64,000 bases of DNA from Octopus sinensis (Eukaryota), in contig NC_043013.1 of the NCBI RefSeq assembly GCF_006345805.1, positions 5,084,001-5,148,000 of the forward strand, written 5' to 3'. Shown here one piece after another: positions 51,724-61,897 of this stretch. Numbering within the stretch: the stretch's first letter is position 1; the number at the start of each line of letters is the position of its first letter. Position numbers and translations under genes: made by a program. Below the pieces are notes generated by a model. That model saw only the letters and a program-made list of their open reading frames with translations. It did no database searches and was not told the DNA's origin.

Positions 51724-52502
51724 TTGGATCTTTTCCTTTTGAACGGCACATGTCAACACAATTTCTAGTTAACTAAACACTTCGTATACTGGTAGAATGT
51801 GTTTATAAAACATCATTTTTTCTTGGCTTTATTGAGAAAATTCTATAGTTTGTAAGATATTTCATCTGAAATTTCGAGCAGTTCGGCAATTTTAACCAAT
51901 CGCTGACCTCCATTTGGGGTGAAAACATTCCGTGCTGTATGAATATGTCCCTCGTTTAGGAAACAGATTGGGTTTATTTACATTTGCGAAGAAAAAAAGA
52001 TACCCTTCCCCCGCCTCTAACTCTAACCCTAAATCTAAAATAGATTGAAATGCAATAGATCGATACTAGGGTTATAATTATGGGTGTCATTTTTATTTGA
52101 CACCGCTAGAAAAAAATCCCATTTTCCGTAGCGGTGTCGTATGAAATTGTCACCCATAATTATAACCCTAGTATCGATCTATTGCATTTCAATCTATTTT
52201 AGATTAGGGTTAGGGTATCTTTTTTTCTTCGCAAATGTAAATAAACCCAATCTGTTTCTTAAACGAGGAACATATTCATACAGTACGGAATGTTTTCACC
52301 CAAAATGGAGGTCAGCGATTGGTTAAAATTGCCGAAATGCTTGAAATTAAAGTGGAAATATGTTACAACATATAGAATTTTCTCAATAAAGCCAAGAAAA
52401 AATGATGTTTTATAAACACATTCTACCAGTATACGAAGTTTAAAAGTGTTTAGTTAACTAGAAATTGTGTTGGCATGTGTCGTTCAAAAGGAAAAGATCC
52501 AA
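51724..52502. mobile_element. Foldback element / long palindromic MITE (~385-bp arms)
   Basis: TTGGATCTTTTCCTTTTGAAC...GACACCGCTA mirrors TAGCGGTGTC...GTTCAAAAGGAAAAGATCCAA around a ~20-nt centre near 52110-52128; the arms include TTAGGGTTAGGG/CTAACCCT motifs. Confidence 0.85.
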
Positions 52503-52549
52503 GAAATTTTATCTCACCTCCTCCATCTCTCTCTCTCTCTCTCCCACTG

Positions 52550-52591
<42 letters not shown>

Positions 52592-52969
52592 CGAGTGCGT
52601 CTGTGTATGTATACAATTCACGCACAAAAAAATACATATACGTACAATCATACACATACAAGCATAAACATACGCATACATTCACACAAAACCACTAGGA
52701 AAAATAATTAAACTTCTAACCTTTATTTAATTAACCATGTCTCTTTGACATAAATTCCTGTGGCCAAAATACTGAGCACCGAATTCTTTTACACATTTAG
52801 CCTTTTGACTTCATCACTTTTGTTTTATTTTTTGCTTTCTTTAACACACAAATAAAATACACTTTATTGAAATAAAAAAGTTTCCGCAAAATTAAACATA
52901 TATAAAGTATATTTATTTATAGCAACTCACACACACACACATACATATATATTTGCATATATATATAAA

Positions 52970-53366
52970 TCTTTATATATAAAAGTGAGGTTGTGTGCTG
53001 TCTGTCTCCTACGATTTAGATTCCTAACTACTCCCACATTTTGCGGTGCAGTTTAACCAAAAGTGGGTATCTTATAGTCGTGATTCATATCGAGCCCTTC
53101 TGGGTAATTAGCGCGCGTCTACGATGAGTCTATGATTTAAAAAAAAAATTACTATCAATTTTTCCCATTTTTAATGCATTTTTGGCATATATAAGGGAAG
53201 TAACTCTCTAAAAATTTATTATTAAATCTCAGAAAGTAAAAAGCTACAGTAACCCCCCCCCCTTGTGGTTAGCCATATTGAGATGGCTATTATACTTTAC
53301 ATCTCTAAAAATGCTTATATAGTTATTTCCCTTACAAACCCGAGCAACGCCGGGCGATACTGCTAG
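52970..53366 (+). mobile_element. Non-autonomous Helitron (copy 3)
   Basis: A|TCTTTATATATAAAAGTGAGG ... CCCGAGCAACGCCGGGCGATACTGCTAG|T. Confidence 0.85.
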
Positions 53367-53779
53367 TATAATATATATACATACATACAATTCACCATAC
53401 ACTTACACAACCACACACACACACAAATATTTTACCTAAGCATTTACATTCCACAAGGTTGACACCCAAGCAATTTTTGATGAATAGATTTATGTTTTGG
53501 TATCTTGTGTCTCTAAAGTATAGAAAGTATGTGTTTTTTTTATAAGGAGCATTTTTATGTAGTTTTTTTAAAACTTCAGGAGATCACCTTCATGAAATTT
53601 CGCGGAGTGGTTGTGTGGTAAGTAGCTTGCTTACCAACCACATGGTTCCGGGTTCAATCCCACTGCGTGACACCGTGGACAAGTGTCTTCTACTATAGCC
53701 TCGGCCGACCAATGCCTTGTGAGTGGATTTGGTAGACGAAGACTGAAAGAAGCCCGTCGTATATATGTATATATATATA

Positions 53780-53985
53780 AAGTTAATCCAAACAAGAAAG
53801 CACAAAAAACACAACAACGCGAGGACGTGGAACAAATACAGTATTATTGGACGCTCAGGAAAGAAGGAGGGTTTAACGTTTCGAGCGGAGCTCTTCGTCG
53901 GAAACATAGGAGAAGGAAAGATCCAGAGAAGGGAAGACAGAGGGAAAAAAATCGCCAACGGTACACACGCGGTCACATTTTGAAA
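53780..53985 (-). mobile_element. Penelope-like terminal-repeat fragment (family H3) nested in a SINE
   Basis: A sequence unrelated to the SINE consensus; it carries a minimal hammerhead fold on the minus strand. Confidence 0.55.
53871..53905 (-). ncRNA. Minimal type I hammerhead ribozyme fold (U4C variant)
   Basis: GTTT CCGACGA A GAGC TCC GCTC GAAAC GTT AAAC. Stem I GTTT/AAAC, stem II GAGC/GCTC, palindromic ACGT stem III. Confidence 0.6.
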
Positions 53986-56504
53986 GACTGTTTGTGTGTC
54001 TGTGTTTGTCTCCCCTAACATCGCTTGATAACCGATGCTGATGAGTTTACGTCCCCGTAACTTAGCGGTTCGGCAAAATAGACCGATAGAGTAAGTAGTA
54101 GACTTACAAAGAATAAGTCCTGGGATCGATTTGCTCGACTAAAGGCGGTGCTCCAGTATGGCCGCAGTCAAATGACTGAAATAAGTAAAGAGTAATGAGT
54201 ATAGGATGTGACCTCCTTGAGCGCAGGATCCGATTGGGAGCAATCGATCCAATTGGCTTAAGGCCAGCTCTGCTTGGCTGTTCCCACGCCTCAACCTCGT
54301 AATTATTTATGGTAATGCCGTCAGTATTTTGACGACAAAACTACAAGAGTGTGCACCATGGCCCCAACTTAGTTTCCCCATAACTTTCTGGGAAATTATA
54401 TTTCCACCTCCCCGATAAAGTTTTTCGCAACAAATTTCGATATATTCGTAATCTACACCATCTGAAATTAAAAGATTTATTTAAAAATATCGAATATTGT
54501 TCCATCATAACTTCCTTCAGAAAGTTATGAGGGAACAATATCCGAAGAGGGAACACTTCTGAATTATGTCGACATCTCTTATTGTGGTGTAAAATTGAGA
54601 GAGAGGGTATAACTTTTTATTTCATCTATTTATTTACTGATTTCTTTTGTTAGTTGTAATTCTATTAATTGTTTACATACGTAAATTGTCTTATTTTCCT
54701 ATGGACAAATGTGTTTTAATAGATTTAGCATTCAAATTACAGTCAACTGTAATGCTTATTTACTCAAATTATTTTTAATATGATGATGTGATTGTTTATT
54801 TTTAGGATGATATTGTAGGGTAGGTGTGAGAGCCCGGATCTGGCCAGTTTGGACACAAAAGAGGCAAAATATTTGAAGGTGACACGTCTGGTTTTAATGC
54901 TAAAGGCTTAAAAGAGAAAGGAAACCTGTCAGTTTACCCGGTCCAAATCGGAAGTGGATTATTTTCGGTCGACACCGGCCACCATTTTTCTGACTTTATT
55001 TTGACAATTTCAACCAAATCCTTCTGAATGAACATCTGTTTATTGTTGTGGCAAGTAAGTACACTTTATTTCATGTTTCCTTCTGTAGTTTCATCTTTCA
55101 TCTGTCTGCTTCTATCCATATCTCACACAATTAATGGCTCTACAGAAAGAAAACGATTCCCCACACACAGAGACATAAAGTGGAGAAGTTGTGACATTTA
55201 TGACTTTCTCAAGAACATTTGCAGGACGTTCGAACTCCCCGTTTGCTTTATTCCCTTAAATCTCAAGGCTGCAAATTTAACAATATAACTAACGAGGCAA
55301 GAAGTTACCTGCAGGTCTTTTTATAGTGTATGCAATGTTTTAGTTGACACATCTTTGTCCCGAAGATCCCCAAAAAATTTTAAAAAACGAAAGTATTCGC
55401 CTTGTCGGCGGGGGGGGGGGGCTTTCCAGGTCAAAGTGAAACTACTTTTACTTTTTGAAACAAGATGTGTCCTCCCATGGCAAATTGTTGTTGATTTGTC
55501 GGTGTGGACGAAAAGGCGAATACGACGAAGAAGATCGTAATTGTGCCTCGTGTCTTATATTTACTCTTCATCCTTCTCTCATCTGTTAAACATTCGATAC
55601 ACTTATTTATCGAAGTCAATAGCTTCGCTTTGCTTACGTTAATTATGGATATAATCAAAGTTGTCAAACATGTACGAAAACAGTGAAACGGTATACTACC
55701 ATTCACACAAATTACAAATATTATTTTCCATAAGTAATTATTAAGGATTAATTAAACTGAGTTAATTACCGTTCTATAGTATATTTGTCGACAAATATTT
55801 AAACATATGCACAGTCTTTATTGAAAATAATAATCTAATATAGTTTAGCTAATTTAATAATTACATATATAACGCGCATATACGTGGTGTATGTATAACC
55901 TAATACAAAATCGCATTAAAACACAAATCCCAAACCAAAGAAAACATAAACAAGAGCAAAGAGGGGGGGGGGAAGAAAAAAGAAAGAAACATCAATAGTA
56001 TATTTTATAGACGAAACACAATATAATTTTTGTAGACATTCTGGGATTCCGCACGTGTAATGTAAAACATACGGCGAAGGTAAAGAATACGAGTTAGGGT
56101 TACGCCGAAAATGGGTGGTGTGCGTATTCTTAACCTTCGCCAAAAATACTTTATGATTAGTAAGACTAATTGAACTAAACTGACTTATTTACCTGTTTTA
56201 CCTTACCTTTATGGTAAATTTTTACATGAAATTTACCGATTGTATTAATAAAACACCATATTTTAAAATTGTTGTAGATATTCCATGATTTTCACATGTG
56301 CTGTGTACATAATACTTCATGACCCCGTGATTATTAAGTCTAATTAAATTGACTTTATTACCTGTTTTATAATATATTTTTATTGACAATAAAACACCAT
56401 ACTTTAGAATTTTTGTAGAAATTCCTGGTATTCCCTCATGTAGTATATGGCTCTTTCCATGTTGTATCGGAGGTCGTTGTTTACGTATACATTCGACTAG
56501 TTAG

Positions 56505-56592
<88 letters not shown>

Positions 56593-57169
56593 ACTTTAGT
56601 TACATCTTGTTGTATGCTTCATGGCCGACGGAGGGAGCTGATGTTGTAAAAAGTAGCGGGACAAATTGTTATTCAGAAAATTAAGATGGTTTTTAAATAT
56701 GTCCAACACAAGGGCTTAAAGAAGAAAAAGAATTGAGAATTTCTCGTTTAAACAAAAAACGAAAGGATTAGCGTTTTGCTTTGTAACCTGAAATAACAGT
56801 GGTTTCACTTTCCGGATCGTAAAACAAAAGATTACTGAGGAATTTAATTACCCTATTTTGTTTTCTCGTTGATAAAGAATGAGTTACAGAGTTTTAAAAA
56901 AAAATCCTTAATGTTTTCTGGGGAGACTGAAATTTGCCATTTTGTGAAGCACTGCACTTATCTGAAATCAGTTTGACGAGGTAAATATCTTCATTCAGAT
57001 AGGGTCCTGAAAACGAAATATGGATTTATTAGTTTTAATTCGGCCTATTTTATACATACAGGCTGGACTCTCTATTCAGCAACTCCACTCAAATCAATTC
57101 CAATACAATAAGTCCTGATGATAGAGTTGTGTTTTATTTTGGGACGGTCATTATACTAATAATAAACAC

Positions 57170-57492
57170 TGCTTGGCACCTTGAGCAAGTGTCTTCCACT
57201 ATAGCCTCAGGCCGACCAAAGCCTTGTGAGTAGACTTGGCAGACGGAAACTGAAAGAAGCCCGTCGTTTATATATATGTGTGTGTTTGTGTCTGTGTTTG
57301 TCCCTCCAACATCACTTGACAACCGATGCTGGTGTGTTTGCATCCCCGTAACTTAGCGGTTCGGCAAAAGAGACTGATAGAATAAGTACTAGGCTTACAA
57401 AGAATAAGTCCTGTGGTTGATTTGCTCGACTAAAGGTGGTGCTCCAGCATGGCCACAGTCAAATGACTGAAACAAGTAAAAGTGTAAAAGAA
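57170..57492 (+). mobile_element. SINE family A (head-truncated)
   Basis: Matches 59005-59442 from GCACCTTGAGCAAGTGTCTT onward. Confidence 0.8.
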
Positions 57493-57503
57493 TATATATA
57501 CAT

Positions 57504-57555
<52 letters not shown>

Positions 57556-57809
57556 TATCAAGTGTTGCTGTAATTTCTGCCTCATATAAGACGGATTTAA
57601 TCATGCACCCCTAGGTGGGTGGGTAGCTTCGTGAGTCTTTACAGTTACAACAGGTGTTTACCGGTAATGATGCTTTTTAAACTGAGCCAGCAGCTATAAG
57701 ATAATTTTACTGATCACCCATTCAGTATACACCCACACATACATATATATAGATATTCACACATATATAAAGAGAATGTAGAGAGAGGTGAGAGACAGAT
57801 ATATATTTC

Positions 57810-58035
57810 TTTACTACCCACATGGGGCTTAACACAGAGGGGACAAACAAGGACAGACACACATATTAAGTTGATTACATCGATCCCAGTGCGTAACTGG
57901 TACTTAATTTATCGACCCCGAAAGGATGTAAGGCAAAGTCAACCTAGCGGAATTTGAACCCAGAACGTAATGGCAGACGAAATATGGCTACGCATTTCGC
58001 CTGGCATGCTAACATTTCTGCCAGCTCACCGCCTT
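57810..58035 (-). mobile_element. SINE family B
   Basis: Matches 18200-18430. Confidence 0.8.
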
Positions 58036-58154
58036 AAGAGACAGATATATATTAATGCATATTGACAAACGTTTTTGCACATTTAAAGTAATCCCTCACC
58101 ATATCACAGTTTGTTATTTAAGCTTACGTTGATTCCTCTGTGGTAGTCTGCATT

Positions 58155-58445
58155 TATCATCATCGTTTAACGTTCGTTTTCCATGCCAGGATGGATTGGA
58201 CGGTTTGACTGAGGTCTAGAGAGCCAGCAGGCTGCACCAGGCTCCTGTCTGATCTGGCAATGTTTCTACGGCCAGATGCCCTTCCTAACGCCAACCACTC
58301 CAAGGGTGTAGTGGGTGCTTTTTACATGCCACTGGCACAGGAGCCAGTTAGGGGCCACTGGCATTGGCCACGTTTGGATGGTGCTTTTTACATACCATCA
58401 GCACAGGATCCAGTCAAGTGAACCTGGTATCGACCATGTTTGGAT
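58155..58445 (-). mobile_element. RTE LINE 3' end fragment
   Basis: (CAT)n plus GTTTAACGTTCGTTTTCCATGC...GATGCCCTTCCTAACGCCAACC. Confidence 0.78.
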
Positions 58446-59004
58446 AGATATACAAATTATAAAAATAATTTTAAAAATGTATATGCAATACAGTACTGTT
58501 TCTACTTCATGGATTTTCACCTATTACGGAGGTGGGGTGGAACATAACACCTGCAATAGTCGAGGGATTACTGTGTGTGTATATATATACACACACACAT
58601 GTATGTGCGCTTGTGAGTGTGCCTACCACATCAGGCCAGCCCCTTGCAGTATTTCTTTCAAACTCATAATATTGAGAGTTCCAGTTCCACCAAGGTCAAC
58701 TTTGCCTTTCATCCTTTCCCTATTGATAAAATAAAGTAGCAGTCTGAAAGTTCGGGTCGTTGGTCTCGACCAATCGCCCCCCGCCCTCCAAAGTTCTGGT
58801 CTTCTGCCTAAATTACAACCCATTAATAAACAATCACATCATCGAAATCTCAAAGCTACAAGCTGTTGCATGATTAATTTAAATCAATGTGAATGAATAA
58901 GCTTTGCATTTGACAGAGTAATCTGAATGCCAAAGGGTTAATCAATTAAACAACCGACAAAAACTGCAGCTGCTCACCATATATATTAAAGATCTGTAGC
59001 AATT

Positions 59005-59176
59005 AGGCGTAGGAGTGGCTATGTGGTAAGTAGCTTGCTTACGAACCACATGGTACCGGGTTCAGTCCCACTGCATGGCGCCTTGAGTAAGTGTCTTCAA
59101 CTATATAGCCTCGGGCCGACCAAAGCCTTGTGAGTGGATTTGGTAGACGGAAACTGAAAGAAACCCGTCATATATA

Positions 59177-59231
<55 letters not shown>

Positions 59232-59442
59232 ATATGTTTGCATGTCTGTGTTTGTCTCCCCCAATATCTCTTGACAACCGATGGTGGTGTGTTTACGTCT
59301 CCGTAACTTAGCGGTTCAGCAAAAGAGATCGATAGAATAAGTACTAGGCTTACAAAGAATAAGTCCTGGGGTCGATTTGCTCGACTAAAGGTGGTGCTCC
59401 AGCATGGCCAAAGTCAAATGCCTGAAACAAGTAAAAGAGTAA
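59005..59442 (+). mobile_element. Full-length tRNA-derived SINE (family A)
   Basis: A box TGGCTATGTGG, B box GGTTCAGTCCC, body CCTTGAGTAAGTGTCTT, internal (TA/TG)n, tail GACTAAAGGTGGTGCTCCAGCATGGCC...AAGTAAAAGAGTAA. Confidence 0.85.
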
Positions 59443-59972
59443 TTCCAATGTCACTTGTTAACAATGAGATATCAATTTATTATAAGAGATTTTGCTTTTC
59501 AAAATCTATGTCAGAATTCATTTTTTATTACTGCTCTAAATAGTCACACCTTGTTTGACCTAAAAAAAATTATTCTTCTCAAAATCCTAATTTTCTTTTA
59601 TTTCTCAATGAAAGCAATCAATATAGTTTACTTCCCACTCTGTCGAGTAATAATTATTTTTTGGAAGGTTTCCATGTTGTGGATGTTTAACCAAGTGCAA
59701 TGACCTTGCTGCTTTGCATAAAATTTATCGGCCATAAGATCAAAAGCCTGTTGTTATATTTATAAACGATTTTGATTTGTTCTAAGAATAAAATATATTT
59801 GTGTAATTGTGAGTAGCAGAGATCAGAGTAATTCTTGTTTATTTGAGTCTTTGACCTAGTTTTGGTCTCCATTTTGCTAGAAGTCTTTTGAAAAGCATTG
59901 CTTATCACTTTTCCACCCTCTCTAAAAATCTTGGGCTTCGTACTTGCCTGGAAATAGAAAGAAGCCACTTAC

Positions 59973-60007
<35 letters not shown>

Positions 60008-61109
60008 CGGTGGCAAATAATAATAAGAATTAAAACTGCATACCAGTATATATATAAAACAGAATTATTAGTGATGGATTATCGATCCTGGCAAAATACT
60101 GATTATGAACTTTGCTAACAACATTGCTTAGATTAGTAAAGAACTACATATATGTATGTATGCATGTGTGTGTATGTATGTGTGTGTGTATGTATGTATG
60201 TGTGTGTGTATGTATATGTGTATGTATGTATATGTATATATATGTATGTATGTGTGTGTATGTGTATCTGTATGTATATGATGAGCATGGGAAGTGAACT
60301 TCAAAAGAATGCTAATGATTATATGATGGGCTTCTTTCAGTTTCCCTTTAGCAAATCCACATACAAGACTTTGATTAGCTTGGGGGCTACAATAGAAGAC
60401 ACTTACACAAGGTACCACGCAGTGGAACTGAACCTGAAACTATGTAACTAGGAAGCAGACTTCTTAACCACACAGCCATGTCTGCACTCCTCTCTAAAGC
60501 ACAAACCATTGAACAATAAAACAGTAAACAGACAACATGGTTGATATTCTGCTCAACTTGGCTACAATTACTGTTCTGAATCTATTTTCATTCTGGACGC
60601 TATCCAATCTGTCCTGTAACTATATAATGGGTAATCAATATTTTTGTATTGATTCACCTTGGATCGGTTCTCTGGTGTTATAAATACGAGTGCAAACACC
60701 ATTTTTGGCTTGTGGATGGCTCGTTTCATTTTGTTCATACGTAGGAATTGTGACGCTGGGGAAATGTGAGTCAGGTACGATTTGTCAGCTCTGTAATATG
60801 CATTGACATGAATGGTGGTGGGGGTGTAGTTTAGTTGGAAGTATTTCTTGGGTGTTGGCCAGTAGGTGCAGAAGAGGAAGCTATATTTCTAGCAGCGTTG
60901 TCGTAATCGTTTGCTTTAATGTCCACCTTTGTGTGCTTGCATGAGGCAGGTTTTCTACGACCAGGTTCTCTTTGTTGTGAATCCTTACCTGTTTCAAAAC
61001 AAAGTAATATTTCTCCTTGATCGGACATATTTTCACAGAGATAGGAAACGAATGACACTGCTTGTATGACAGTGATGCTCATTTACAACAAATCGCACAC
61101 TGTCAAGAC

Positions 61110-61575
61110 AAGGAGGCAAAAATGCACGCATGGATGGGGATAGCTGTGTAAAGAAGTGCCAGTCTCTAAGTGTAGAGGGAACTTGTGGAAGAGGTAGATC
61201 CAGGAAGACATGGGATGAGGGGGTGAAGCATTTTCTTCGAAAGTGGGGTCTCACAGAGGTGATGACATGCGATTGTGACCTTTGGCGATTTGCTGTGCTT
61301 GAGAAAACTCATCAAACCAAATGAAATAGTTGTGGCCAGTGCCGGTGATTCAAACAGCATTCATGCAGATGACATATAAAAGCACCCGTGCTGGTGTCTC
61401 TTAGAAGGTGTCCACCCACTACACTCTACGGAGTGGTTGGCATTAGAAAGGGCATCCATCTGTAGAAACCAAGCTAAGTTCAGACTGGAGCCTGATGCAG
61501 ATCTCTGGCTTAGCAGCTCCAGCCAAACCGTCTAATTCAAGCCAGCATGGACAATGGATGTTAAATGATGAGGAG
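61110..61575 (+). mobile_element. RTE LINE ORF C-terminus and 3' UTR
   Basis: MDGDSCVKKCQSLSVEGTCGRGRSRKTWDEGVKHFLRKWGLTEVMTCDCDLWRFAVLEKT parallels the ORF end at ~3180-3380 and is followed by the RTE terminal motif. Confidence 0.82.
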
Positions 61576-61591
61576 AATGATATATGCTTGT

Positions 61592-61644
<53 letters not shown>

Positions 61645-61897
61645 AGGAGAAAATGGAGATTTGGAAGTTAATAATTGTTTATTATTAACGACTGAGGGTG
61701 AAGATGAACAATTATTAACTTCCCAGTCTCCATTTTCTCTTTTAAAGGAATATAAACCAAATGTTTTTTTTATAGATACCTATTATTTTAAGGAAATTCT
61801 TTCCCCTGAAATACTAGATATTGAACCAGTATTTCCTTGGATGAAACCATCCCTTCATGAGGTTAACACAACCTCTAATTAAATTCAAATATATCAT

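Larger units (their letters stand above)
53601..54195 (+). mobile_element. tRNA-derived SINE (family A) split by an insertion in its internal microsatellite
   Basis: The 5' half ends ...GAAAGAAGCCCGTCGTATATATG at ~53770; the 3' half resumes TGTGTGTCTGTGTTTGTCTCCCC at ~53990. Confidence 0.82.

Noticed and set aside
52204-52215. TTAGGGTTAGGG as an interstitial telomere
   Set aside because: Only two units, and they are an internal motif of the foldback element.
54215-54272. hAT-like terminus (reverse complement CAGAGCTGGCCTTAAGCC)
   Set aside because: No matching second TIR or TSD found, so no element boundaries can be supported.
59005-59085. tRNA gene (A and B boxes; similar heads at 4780-4853 and 53601-53670)
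   Set aside because: The heads continue directly into multi-copy SINE bodies and do not form a full cloverleaf by inspection.
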